Assembly: GCA_039683575.1 (NCBI GenBank)
Contig: JBDKRC010000206.1
Coordinates: 1 to 33,263, forward strand
Length of the DNA: 33,263 bases
DNA from: Armatimonadia bacterium
GTDB taxonomy: Bacteria; Armatimonadota; Zipacnadia; Zipacnadales; UBA11051
Reading direction: 5' to 3'
Below, piece after piece: positions 15,606-25,145 of the stretch (position 1 is the first letter of the stretch; each line of letters starts with the position of its first letter). Under the pieces are notes generated by a model, which had not been told where the DNA came from, ran no database searches, and was given only the letters and a program-made list of their open reading frames with translations. A program made the translations under genes and the position numbers.

Positions 15606-16145
15606 CTAGTCAGTTCCGAATTGCGACTTCTTGACGAACTCGCGCAGTGTCGGGTTTCTTTCGTCGCCCTGGGACTTCAGAATACCCTCCTCAACCATCA
15701 CCGGCGACAGATCTCCCCCCACCATAGTAACGAACATCTCTGCGGGCAGGTGCAGCAGGTCAGCGAAGACCACGTGTGCCACTCCTGTTGCCAGCGCGAA
15801 AATGCCCATCATCATGTCGCCGCGGAAGGCGGCGCTGGCACCGACGACGATGTTGAGGATGCCCCAGGCGAGGAACCACATCATACCGGCTGCGCGGGCA
15901 GGCTCTGAGAAGGTCAGCAGTCCGATCCCGATCGCAAAGCCGACCGCTCCGCCAGCCAGATACCCCACGTTCGCCATGTTCAGCACGCCCAACCCAAGCT
16001 CGTATGCAGACAGCAGCATGTAGACAAGCGTGAACGTCCCGCCCATCACACTCAGGTAGCCGATTGCTTTGATGTTGTTCAGGGCCCTGGTCAGCTTCCG
16101 CATGAACTGCGGCGAAAGCCTGCTGTCCCTGCCAGTCTCACCCAT
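15606..16145 (-). CDS. Hypothetical integral membrane protein (about 4 TM helices)
   Basis: Several hydrophobic Gly-rich segments. The start is uncertain (ATG 16145 or 16205); the 16346 start would overlap lon. Confidence 0.65.
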   Translation of the reverse strand: MGETGRDSRLSPQFMRKLTRALNNIKAIGYLSVMGGTFTLVYMLLSAYELGLGVLNMANVGYLAGGAVGFAIGIGLLTFSEPARAAGMMWFLAWGILNIVVGASAAFRGDMMMGIFALATGVAHVVFADLLHLPAEMFVTMVGGDLSPVMVEEGILKSQGDERNPTLREFVKKSQFGTD

Positions 16146-16279
16146 CGAATATGCCCCCGCCCGCTCTTGTATGTGTGCGCGCTCATCTCCCGAAATGGTA
16201 GCCATAGTATGGCTAACATTCCGCTGACGAAATTGTTGCGGGCCTCGCCTCAGGATTCCGTCAAGATCCTCGTAGCAAC

Positions 16280-18700
16280 CTAACGCAGTGCCTCGCGCAG
16301 CCCCTCCTCTGCTGTTTCGACGAAGATGAAGCTCAGGTCTCGCCATGCGGTCTCGGGCAATTCCTTGCGGTCACTGAGGTCTTTCTCGTTGTCCTTCGGC
16401 AGCATCACGCGGGTAATCCCCGCCCGGTGCGCCGCGAGCACCTTCTCGCGCACTCCGCCGATTGCCAGTACCTTGCCGTGCAGCGTCACTTCCCCGGTGA
16501 TCGCCGTGTCGCTGCGGCAGGGCCGGTCGCTGATGGCCGATACCAGTGCCGTCACGAGCGCGAGGCCGGCCGAGGGGCCCTCTTTGGGCACGGCACCGGC
16601 CGGCACGTGGATGTGAATGTCGTGCTTGCGGAAGAATTCCGGGGGAACCCCGTAGTTGGCCGCTATGGACCGCGCATACGACAGAGCCGCCTGCGCGGAC
16701 TCCTTCATCACCTCGCCCAGCCGCCCCGTCAGTTGCAGTTCTCCGGTACCGTCAACTACGCTGACCTCAATTGAGAGCACGTCGCCGCCCTGTTCGGTGT
16801 ATGCCATTCCGGTCGACACGCCAACCCGGTCCTGCTTCTCTTTCACCCCTGACCGGAAGCGCGGCGGCCCCAGGAATTCCTCCACCTGCTTGACTTCCAC
16901 TCGTACCTGTTGCTCATCCCCCGACGCCACCTTCTTGGCCGTCTTGCGGCAGATGGACGCGATCTCTCGGTCCAGATTCCGCACTCCTGCCTCGTGGGTG
17001 TAGTGCCGGATGATGCTCCGCAGCGCCGGGTCGCTGAACCGGATGTGTCGCGTTCGTAGCCCATGCTCCGTCCGCTGCTTGGGCACCAGGAACCCCTTGG
17101 CGATCTTCAGCTTCTCTTCCTCAATGTATCCGGGGAATTCGATTACTTCCATCCGGTCCCGCAGCGCGGGGGGAATGGGCCCGAGTTCGTTGCCGGTGGC
17201 GACAAACATCACCCGTGACAGATCGAAGGGCACTTCCAGGTAGTGGTCCCGGAAGCTGTCGTTCTGTGCCGGGTCCAGCACCTCCAGCAGCGCCGAGGTG
17301 GGGTCGCCGCGGAAATCCGCCCCGATCTTGTCTATCTCATCGATCATGAACACCGGGTTGTTGCTCTTCACCCGCCGTAGCGCTTGGATTATGCGCCCCG
17401 GCAGGGCGCCAATGTAGGTCCGGCGGTGGCCCCTGATCTCTGCCTCATCCCGTACCCCGCCGAGCGACACACGGATGAATTCGCGCCCCATCGACCGTGC
17501 GATAGACTTGCCGATCGAGGTCTTGCCTACGCCGGGCGGTCCCATGAAGCACAGTATGGGCCCGCGAGCATGCTCCACGAGCTTGCGCACCGCCAGAAAC
17601 TCCAACACCCGCTCCTTAACCTTGGCGAGCCCGTAGTGGTCCTCGTCCAGTATCTCCGCTGCGGCGATCAGGTCCAGCTTGTCCGCCGTCGCCGTCTTCC
17701 AGGGCAACTCCACCAGCCAGTCCAGCCAGGTCCTGATCACACTGTGCTCGGGGGCCATCGGCGGCATTCGTTCCAGCCGGGCCAGCTCCTGCAAGGCCTT
17801 ATCCGTGGCTTCCGCCGACATGTCCGCAGCCAGGATCTTGTCGCGGTATTCGCTCGTCTCCTGGGCCACATCCTCGCGCTCGCCCAGTTCGTCCTGGATG
17901 ACGCGCATCTGCTCCCGCAAGAAGTATTCCCGCTGCGAGGTCTCGATCTTGTCCTGCACCTGCTGCTGGATGCGCTGCTCGAGCCGCAGCAACTCCAACT
18001 CCTGTGCCAGGAAGCGCTCAACCCGCCGCAGGCGGGCATTCGTGTTGTCGATCTCGAGGATTTCCTGCCGCTGCTCGACCCGCAGCCGGATGTGGGCTGC
18101 AACGAGGTCGGCGAGGCGGCCTGCATCTTCCACGTTCATCGCCGTGACAATGGCTTCCGGCGGGATATTGCGGGCCAGTGAGGCCGCTTCCTCAAACTGC
18201 TTCACGACTGTCCGCATGAGCGCCCGGATTTCCTTGCTCTCGCGGAAGGTCTCCATGAACGGCTCGATCTTCACGGTCAGGTACTGCGGCCCCTTGGTGA
18301 ACTGCCGCGCCCGAACCCGCGCGATTCCCTCCACCATCGCCCGGGCGCTGCCATCGGGAAGGTCCAGAAGCTGCACAACTCGCCCGAGCGTCCCTACGGT
18401 GTGCAGGTCAGCAATCTCGGGATCATCCACGTTCGCATCGCGCTGGGTTATGAGCACGATAGCCGTCTCCGCCTGCCGCGCCTCCTCTAAGGCGCGCACC
18501 GAGCGTCGCCGCATGGCGCCGAGCGGTACCAGCATGTGCGGAAACACGACTTCATTGCGCAGCGGCAGGACCGGAAACTCCTCCGCGCCCTGCTCAACAG
18601 CTATCTCAAGCGCGAAGCTCGGTTCCACGCTCTCTTCATCCTCAACGGGCTCGTCCTCGAACTTTTTGGGGTCGAATTCATCCGGCACTAGGCACAGCAT
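16280..18700 (-). CDS. lon: ATP-dependent protease La (LonA)
   Basis: N-domain PVLPLRNEVVFP, DHYGL, GPPGVGKTS, DEAEIRGHRRTYIG, PKEGPSAG (Ser) and IGGVREK (Lys). The start may be GTG 18688. Confidence 0.97.
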   Translation of the reverse strand: MLCLVPDEFDPKKFEDEPVEDEESVEPSFALEIAVEQGAEEFPVLPLRNEVVFPHMLVPLGAMRRRSVRALEEARQAETAIVLITQRDANVDDPEIADLHTVGTLGRVVQLLDLPDGSARAMVEGIARVRARQFTKGPQYLTVKIEPFMETFRESKEIRALMRTVVKQFEEAASLARNIPPEAIVTAMNVEDAGRLADLVAAHIRLRVEQRQEILEIDNTNARLRRVERFLAQELELLRLEQRIQQQVQDKIETSQREYFLREQMRVIQDELGEREDVAQETSEYRDKILAADMSAEATDKALQELARLERMPPMAPEHSVIRTWLDWLVELPWKTATADKLDLIAAAEILDEDHYGLAKVKERVLEFLAVRKLVEHARGPILCFMGPPGVGKTSIGKSIARSMGREFIRVSLGGVRDEAEIRGHRRTYIGALPGRIIQALRRVKSNNPVFMIDEIDKIGADFRGDPTSALLEVLDPAQNDSFRDHYLEVPFDLSRVMFVATGNELGPIPPALRDRMEVIEFPGYIEEEKLKIAKGFLVPKQRTEHGLRTRHIRFSDPALRSIIRHYTHEAGVRNLDREIASICRKTAKKVASGDEQQVRVEVKQVEEFLGPPRFRSGVKEKQDRVGVSTGMAYTEQGGDVLSIEVSVVDGTGELQLTGRLGEVMKESAQAALSYARSIAANYGVPPEFFRKHDIHIHVPAGAVPKEGPSAGLALVTALVSAISDRPCRSDTAITGEVTLHGKVLAIGGVREKVLAAHRAGITRVMLPKDNEKDLSDRKELPETAWRDLSFIFVETAEEGLREALR

Positions 18701-18915
18701 CCTCTCTGCATGGACGTATCAGGATTATTCCCGCCTCTCGGTCCGTTCACCTCCCCTGGGGTCTCTCATTCATTCCTCGGCGCGTCAGTCCCGAGCGCCC
18801 CAAAGCTACAAAAAGCGTAGGAGGCGTTTCCGAGCAAAGAAGGTCCCAGGCCTGCGGTTGACGAAAACGTGCCCGAAGCATGCTGAATACACACCTTAAT
18901 TGTGGGGAGAGCCCT

Positions 18916-21249
18916 ATGTACAACCGCCTCAAGCACGCCGCAATGGTCGCATCCTTCGCACTGATCTGCTCCTTGATTGCAGGGGCGGCCATCAGTGCAA
19001 CGCCCAAAGGCACCTGCGGTCCGCTGCAGGTCACCCCGGCCAGATGGACGAAGCCGGCGGGAACAAAGGCCCTGACTGTCACGCCCAAGCAGGTCGGCAC
19101 CAAGGGGACGCTTTTCAGTGACGGCTTCGAGAGCTCCTTCCCCGGGAGTTGGTCGCTGTGGAACAACGATTCTGACAACGATCCCAATTGGGGACGCAGC
19201 AGCTACCAGCATTCTGCCGGCAGCTACAGCCTCTATTGCGCCCAGACCGGCCCCGGCAATGGTGCGAGCAGCCACACGTATCCCGCTAACATTGACGCCA
19301 ACTGGGTCACCTACGGGCCCTTTAGCACCTCCAGCGTGACCGACGGGCGAGCCACCTTCAAGATCCGCGTGAAGACCGAAAGTGGCTATGACGAGGTAAA
19401 GGCAGGCTGGTCCCTGAACGACGTAGAGTACGAAGGACTGACCTGGAGCGGGGATTCCGGTGGCTGGATCACCGCCGAAGTACCGCTCAAAAGCTCCGGA
19501 TTCACTGGGACATACACCGGAAAGAGTCAGGTCTACTTCAGCTTCTGGTTCTACAGCGATGCCACCATCAACTACGAAGGTGTCTACATAGACCAGTTCA
19601 GCCTCAGCACTGGTTCTCTTCCCGCGATCAACTCGCTGATCAAGACATCATCAGGTTCCCTGGTTCAGGGAGCAGCCCTGACGCTGTCGAACAGCAGCCT
19701 CTACGCCTACACCGGCGCCGACGGCAAAGCCTCGGTAAGGCCCCCGGCAGGCACCTACACGGTAACCCCCAAAAAGCCCGGCTTCATATTCACACCAACC
19801 TCACGGACAGTGACCCTCGGCAGCTCGACCGTGAATGCTAACTTCACCGCCGCCAGCGCCACCGGCGACGGCGTTGTGCGCTACTATGGAGTATGCGTTG
19901 GTATCGAGCAGTACCAGAATATCAACAATCTGACCTACTGCGTCGATGACGCAGTAGACATGCGCGACTCACTCATCGCCTGCGGGTGGGGTTCCAGCAA
20001 CATCGCCCTGCTGAAAGACAGCCAGGCTACCAAGGCCGCCATCAAATCCGCCATCGAGGCGAAAATGGCCCTTTGCGATGCCGACGATGTGTTTCTCTAC
20101 TTCCATTCCAGCCATGGCGATCAGAATACGGATATGGCACCGTTGGACGAGAGCGACGGCTACGACGAGTATCTCTGCACCTACGATACCACCGCAAGCA
20201 CGAGCACTGAAATCCGCGATGACGAGCTTGGGATCTGGCTCAGCAAGCTGCGGACCAAGAAGTACGTCGTGCTGATTGACACCTGCTTCTCGGGCGGGAT
20301 GGTCAAGAGCCGCTCGACCTTCGACTTTGGCCCGGACATCAACCGCGGCGGCTCTGAGGGCGGAGTTGGCACTCGCGACCTCGACGACAATGCCTCCGGC
20401 GTCGTCATCACGGCTTCCGATGTTGATGAGTACTCGCAAGAAGACAGTGCGCTTCAGAATGGCGTCTTTGCCTACTATGTGATCCAGGGCATCAACAGAG
20501 GAACCGCGGACAGCAATAAGGACTCCTGGTTCAGCGCGGAGGAGTTGTATGCCTATGCCGCGCCACTGGCCCATGCTTACAACCCAGATCAGACAGTGAC
20601 GAAGTACGATGGTTATTCCGGTTCGCTGAACTTCGCCAAGCTCCAGACCTTGATGAGGACCACGGTGCCTGCACGCAACGCTACGGGCATCAGCCGCACC
20701 ACCAACATCACTGTAACCTTCCGGTATCCCGTGAACCAGGCCAGTGCCCAGAGTCACTTCGCGATGAAGTCGCCAAGCGGCGCCACTATCGCGGGCACCT
20801 TCACCTGGCCGACTGCCAACCGAGTGATGGTCTTCAATCCCAGCGTCACACTGGCCTCGAATACCCAGTACACGGTCTGGGCGCGAGCGGGCCTGCAGCC
20901 GCTCAGCGGCCCGGCATATTGGTACAGCGACAACTTCAAGTTCACCACTGCGACCTCGACCGCCGCGCTCGCGATGCAGGCCGCTGCGGTGCCGACTAAG
21001 GGCGATCTGACGCAGATCACGGTCAACCTGACCTCGGCCGCGAACGTCTCGGCAGCCATAGCCAACCTAGCGGGCCGCACCATCGCCGTACTGCCGCCCC
21101 AGGACCTGGAGGCCGGCCTGAACACGCTGCTGTGGGACGGCAAGAGCAGGACAGGATCGAAGGTCCCTGCGGGGCAGTATTTTGTGCGCCTGCAGGCCAC
21201 AGACGGCGACGGTAACTGCGCGAGTTGCATCGCCTCGTTGACGAAGTAA
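18916..21249 (+). CDS. Secreted caspase-family (peptidase C14) multidomain protein with an N-terminal beta-sandwich, Ig-like domains and a C-terminal FlgD-Ig-like domain
   Basis: SD GGGGAGA and ATG 18916 begin a signal peptide. VCVGIEQY, LTYCVDDA, FHSSHG (His), DESDGYDE and IDTCFSGG (Cys) are present. The C-terminus has NLAGRTI...WDGKSRTGSKVPAGQYFV. Confidence 0.82.
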   Translation: MYNRLKHAAMVASFALICSLIAGAAISATPKGTCGPLQVTPARWTKPAGTKALTVTPKQVGTKGTLFSDGFESSFPGSWSLWNNDSDNDPNWGRSSYQHSAGSYSLYCAQTGPGNGASSHTYPANIDANWVTYGPFSTSSVTDGRATFKIRVKTESGYDEVKAGWSLNDVEYEGLTWSGDSGGWITAEVPLKSSGFTGTYTGKSQVYFSFWFYSDATINYEGVYIDQFSLSTGSLPAINSLIKTSSGSLVQGAALTLSNSSLYAYTGADGKASVRPPAGTYTVTPKKPGFIFTPTSRTVTLGSSTVNANFTAASATGDGVVRYYGVCVGIEQYQNINNLTYCVDDAVDMRDSLIACGWGSSNIALLKDSQATKAAIKSAIEAKMALCDADDVFLYFHSSHGDQNTDMAPLDESDGYDEYLCTYDTTASTSTEIRDDELGIWLSKLRTKKYVVLIDTCFSGGMVKSRSTFDFGPDINRGGSEGGVGTRDLDDNASGVVITASDVDEYSQEDSALQNGVFAYYVIQGINRGTADSNKDSWFSAEELYAYAAPLAHAYNPDQTVTKYDGYSGSLNFAKLQTLMRTTVPARNATGISRTTNITVTFRYPVNQASAQSHFAMKSPSGATIAGTFTWPTANRVMVFNPSVTLASNTQYTVWARAGLQPLSGPAYWYSDNFKFTTATSTAALAMQAAAVPTKGDLTQITVNLTSAANVSAAIANLAGRTIAVLPPQDLEAGLNTLLWDGKSRTGSKVPAGQYFVRLQATDGDGNCASCIASLTK

Positions 21250-21282
21250 CAGCCAAAGTGGCGCCCAATAGTGCGCAGACTT

Positions 21283-21312
21283 GCACAGGCCGGCCTACGG
21301 GCCGGTCTGTGC
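21283..21312 (+). terminator. Stable hairpin (probable terminator) after the caspase gene
   Basis: GCACAGGCCGGCC-TACG-GGCCGGTCTGTGC with a UNCG-type loop; the U-tract is weak. Confidence 0.55.
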
Positions 21313-21448
21313 TCTCATGGCACAGCGGCCCGCTAAGCGTTTGTCTGCTCCATTTGGAGACCGCGCCGTCATTGTGATGTCCATTTCCGCGGTCACTGAA
21401 CAAGCTGGCCGCCTCTCATCTGAAAGCCTTGAAGCCTTGGCTCTTCAC

Positions 21449-21478
21449 TTGACACTGGTAGTGGCAAACGCATATAAT
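21449..21478 (+). promoter_or_regulatory. Consensus sigma70 promoter upstream of secD
   Basis: TTGACA-N18-TATAAT. Confidence 0.85.
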
Positions 21479-21704
21479 GCCTTGGTTTTCGCGCGGCGGT
21501 AGCCCCGCCGCTTGTTGTCTTCTCGCCGTGCCCTCATCGGCGCCACATCTTCCTCATGATGGCGAACTCCTCGCGTCCTGCTGGTCGCCAGAGCCGCCCG
21601 GAGCGAGATATTACGACCGGAAAAGCCCCCTGTAGGGGCGAAATACCTGCGACGGTAAGGTAGGGGCGGACATGCTCCGCCCGCCGGAAAGGGAGATTGC
21701 TGCA

Positions 21705-23708
21705 ATGCAGCCTCGTAGCAAGTGGTGGATCATCACCATCGTACTACTTTTCGTATTCTCATTCCTCTACGCCTTCCAGCCCCTGCGCCTGAAGCCTGCC
21801 GAGCGCGTGGTCGAAGCGGTCTTCCGCTACACCTGGAGCAAGCCTCTGGTGGAAACTGAGGCTCAGCTTCCGGCCAAGGCCGCTGAGATTCAGACCTATC
21901 TCACCGACAAGGGTCTCAAGCTCGAGCGCGTCGAGTTCAAAGAGCTGAACGTGCTCGAGATCGAGACTCTCGCACTCGATGCGGCGCAGGAGACGTCGGA
22001 TCGGTCGCGCCTGCTCTCTGAGCTCCAGCAGAAGTACCCTGGCGTCACTGCCATGGCTCTGCCGGATGAGGAGACCACTACAAAGCCCATTGCCACGTTC
22101 TGGCAGTTTGCGCTCTACAAGCCCGTGCCGCAGGTTCGCCTGGGCCTCGACCTCCTGGGCGGCGCTCACGTCGTTCTGCGAGCCATGCCTGAGACCACGC
22201 TGACCTTCACCTCACCCGAGGAGCGTCCGCTGGTGCAGCCCGAGGCTCCCGCTCCGGGCGCCACGGCTCCCGCGACCGCCGCCAAGACTGCCGCTGGCAA
22301 GCCGATCACGGCCTCAAACATGACCCGCGACATGCTTCGCGAGCGCCTTCTGGCCGTGCTGGTTAAGGCCGGTGCCAACGCCAAGGACATCGACGTCTCC
22401 TTCCCCGGCGACAACCTGGTTGTAGTCCGCACTCGCGCGGAGAACCAGAATCTCGCCAGCAAGCAGCAGACGCTGGTCAAAAACTACCTCACCGCGAACT
22501 ACCCCGGTGTAGAGATCACCGCGGCTGACCCGCAGTCGGTCTTCCTGGAAGCTGACACGGCGGAGAAGGTCATGAACGTCATTGACCGCCGCTTGTACGC
22601 CATGAGCGAGATCCGCGAACCCGTCATCCAGACGCAGGGCAAGGACCGCCTCATCGTCGAGTTGCCGGGCGTCAGCGATCCCGAGCGCGTCGTGAGCATC
22701 CTTAAGTCCACCGCCATGCTCGAGTTCCGCCTGATTCCGGATCGCTATGAAGCACCGGGCGCGGCGCAGGACGAGTATGAGGAGTGGCGCGACAAGCAGA
22801 CGCAGCAGACGATTCCGTGGGAACGCGTCATGGCCGAGTCGCCTGCCGAGTTCACTGGCCGCGACCTGCTCAGCAACGCGACCGTTGAGCCGGGTTCGTC
22901 CGGCGGCGGCTGGGTCGTACACTTCGAGCTTCGCCCCGAGCGCAAGCAGGCTTTCCGTGAGTTCACCCGTAAGAACATCGGCAAGGCCATGGCCATCGTC
23001 CTGGACGGTAAGGTCCAGATGGCACCTGAGATCAAGAGCGAAATCCCTGGCGCAGGCATCATTGAAGGCAACTTCACCACCCAGGATGCCCGCGACCTCA
23101 AGCTTCTGCTCAACGCCGGTGCTCTGCCCGTGCCGCTGGAAATCGCGGAGAACCGCACCATCAGCGCTACGCTTGGCACCTACGCCATTCAGCGCAGCAT
23201 TCTGGCCGGTATCGTCGGGTTCATCATCGTTGCCCTCTTCATGATCGTGATGTACCGGCTGCCGGGCCTTCTGGCTGACGTCGCGCTCTGTCTCTATGTA
23301 CTGATCGTCCTGGCAGTGCTCGTCTTCACCAAGACAACCCTCACTCTGCCCGGTATAGCTGGTATCATCCTTTCGATCGGTATGGCGGTTGATGCCAACA
23401 TTCTGATCTTCGAGCGTCTCAAGGAAGAGGTCTGGGCCGGTAAGTCCATGCGCGCCGCCATCGACGCCGGCTTCGAGCGAGCCTGGACCGCAATCCTCGA
23501 CGCCAATGTCAACTCACTGATCGTCGCCGCGGTGCTCTACTTCCTGGGCAGCAGCTCGATCAAGAGCTTCGCAGTCACGCTGTTCGTTGGCGTCGTCTGC
23601 TCACTGTTCACGGCAGTCACCATCTCCCGGTGGATGGTCACCATGATTGGCAACAGCCATCTCGGCCAGAAGCTCCACCTGTTCGGTGTGTCCGAAGCCA
23701 GCAGCTAG
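21705..23708 (+). CDS. secD: Protein translocase subunit SecD
   Basis: LGLDLLGG, IVELPGV, AIVLDG, LLLNAGALPVPL and LTLPGIAGIILSIGMAVDANILIFER. SD AAGGGAG precedes ATG 21705. Confidence 0.96.
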   Translation: MQPRSKWWIITIVLLFVFSFLYAFQPLRLKPAERVVEAVFRYTWSKPLVETEAQLPAKAAEIQTYLTDKGLKLERVEFKELNVLEIETLALDAAQETSDRSRLLSELQQKYPGVTAMALPDEETTTKPIATFWQFALYKPVPQVRLGLDLLGGAHVVLRAMPETTLTFTSPEERPLVQPEAPAPGATAPATAAKTAAGKPITASNMTRDMLRERLLAVLVKAGANAKDIDVSFPGDNLVVVRTRAENQNLASKQQTLVKNYLTANYPGVEITAADPQSVFLEADTAEKVMNVIDRRLYAMSEIREPVIQTQGKDRLIVELPGVSDPERVVSILKSTAMLEFRLIPDRYEAPGAAQDEYEEWRDKQTQQTIPWERVMAESPAEFTGRDLLSNATVEPGSSGGGWVVHFELRPERKQAFREFTRKNIGKAMAIVLDGKVQMAPEIKSEIPGAGIIEGNFTTQDARDLKLLLNAGALPVPLEIAENRTISATLGTYAIQRSILAGIVGFIIVALFMIVMYRLPGLLADVALCLYVLIVLAVLVFTKTTLTLPGIAGIILSIGMAVDANILIFERLKEEVWAGKSMRAAIDAGFERAWTAILDANVNSLIVAAVLYFLGSSSIKSFAVTLFVGVVCSLFTAVTISRWMVTMIGNSHLGQKLHLFGVSEASS

Positions 23709-23866
23709 CCTGCGCGCCGCGGATGTACCGCCCGCAGTAGTATCGGATGTTGCTGGCAGCGAGCCGGCGGCTTCCCCGAGGACACTCCGTCCTCATCCAG
23801 TGCAAACCGATTTCGTCTTCTCTCAGGCTCCGCGTCCAGCGTCGAGCTTAAGGAGGTCTTGCAGGC

Positions 23867-25051
23867 GTGGACTTTTTCCGCAGACAAAACTGGGACTTGG
23901 TTGGCCGAAGTTGGATATGGTTCACCCTGTCGGGTGTGCTGCTTGTCATAGGCATTGCCTCCTGGGCCATCTTCGGGCTCAACCTGGGCATCGACTTCAC
24001 AGGCGGCGGCATGATCCGCTACGAATTCGCGCGACCCATCGCCGCCAACCGTCAGCAGCAGATTGACGTATTGAACCGCACCCGCGAAGCCCTCTCCGCG
24101 GTCGAGTTGGGGCACGCCCAGGTTCTCGTCGGCGGTAACGATGAGCTTATCATCCGCACGCCCATGGTCGAGAACGATGAGGAAGCCCTCCGCCAGGAAG
24201 GCGTCGTGCGAGAGCAGATCGAGAAGCTCTTCGCCGCGGACTACGGTCCAATCACTCCTCTGGGGCGCGAAAGTGTCGGACCAATTGTCGGCTCACAGCT
24301 ACGCCAATCGGCCCTCCACGCCCTGATCCTCGGGTGTCTGCTGATCCTGCTGTATATCACGATCCGCTACGAGTTCCGGTTTGCCGTCGCCGCTGTAGCG
24401 GCCCTTGTCCACGACGTTCTCCTGCTGGTCGGCGCCATGGCTGTCCTGCGCCTTGAGCTAGACAGCTCTTTCGTGGCGGTGATCCTTACTGTAGTCGGTT
24501 TCTCGGTCCATGACACCATCGTCATTTTCGACCGGATACGCGAGAACATGAAGCTGCATCGGCGAGCGAACTTCGCCGATACGGTAAATGCCAGCTTGCT
24601 GCAGACTTTCGCCCGGTCCATCTACACTGTACTGACCACGCTCATCACGCTTGCCGCGCTGGCCGTCTTCGCCAGCGGCAGCATTCGCGTCTTCGCTATA
24701 GCCATGATCATCGGGATCGTGCTCGGCGCCTATTCCTCGATCTTCAACGCCAGTCAGATCGTTGTAGTGTGGGAACGCTGGCGGGCTCGCCGCAAGGGTG
24801 CCGCTGGGGCTACCACGGTCCGCCGGCGGGAGCGTGCTGCCCGCACCGTAATGGGCTCGGAGACCATGGTCGAGACTGACGGTGAGGAAGAAGAAGAGGA
24901 GGAGGCCGCCGAAGGCGCCGCCCCTCGCAAGCTCAGCGCGCAGGAAGCTATGGCCCGCGCCGAGGAACTCGCACAGGAAGAGAAGCGGTCAGAACGTCGC
25001 GAGCGCCGCAAGGCCGGGAAGGCCAAGGGCAAGAGTAAGCGCCGCTTCTAG
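23867..25051 (+). CDS. secF: Protein translocase subunit SecF
   Basis: SD AAGGAGG with a GTG start. LGIDFTGG, VGPIVG, HDV, GFSVHDTIVIFDRIRE and GAYSSIF. Confidence 0.96.
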   Translation: MDFFRRQNWDLVGRSWIWFTLSGVLLVIGIASWAIFGLNLGIDFTGGGMIRYEFARPIAANRQQQIDVLNRTREALSAVELGHAQVLVGGNDELIIRTPMVENDEEALRQEGVVREQIEKLFAADYGPITPLGRESVGPIVGSQLRQSALHALILGCLLILLYITIRYEFRFAVAAVAALVHDVLLLVGAMAVLRLELDSSFVAVILTVVGFSVHDTIVIFDRIRENMKLHRRANFADTVNASLLQTFARSIYTVLTTLITLAALAVFASGSIRVFAIAMIIGIVLGAYSSIFNASQIVVVWERWRARRKGAAGATTVRRRERAARTVMGSETMVETDGEEEEEEEAAEGAAPRKLSAQEAMARAEELAQEEKRSERRERRKAGKAKGKSKRRF

Positions 25052-25107
25052 GGCACTTTCACAGCAAAGCCCGGGGCGCGTAAGCTGCCCCGTAGAGATC
25101 CCTCTCG

Positions 25108-25134
25108 GGGCCGGCGACACCTTGTCGCCGGCCC
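25108..25134 (+). terminator. Perfect 12-bp hairpin after secF (possible terminator)
   Basis: GGGCCGGCGACA-CCT-TGTCGCCGGCCC followed by TTCGATT. Confidence 0.5.
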
Positions 25135-25145
25135 TTCGATTACAG

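Noticed and set aside
17679..18899. 406-aa antisense ORF over lon (likewise 385..1287, 19969..20757, 29466..30605 and others)
   Set aside because: These are shadow ORFs expected opposite GC-rich genes and carry no recognisable motifs.
18701..18915. CIRCE or CtsR heat-shock operators upstream of lon (also checked upstream of clpP and clpX)
   Set aside because: No TTAGCACTC-N9-GAGTGCTAA or GTCAAA direct repeat was found.
21477..21663. Arrest-peptide uORF upstream of secD
   Set aside because: Translation of the three frames shows no SD-led ORF with a signal or TM segment or a RAPP/RAGP-like end, and one candidate ATG lies inside the -10 box.
25052..25145. NiCo (czcD) riboswitch upstream of the CDF gene
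   Set aside because: Several hairpins are present, but I could not find the conserved junction sequences of that riboswitch. An Rfam scan would settle it.
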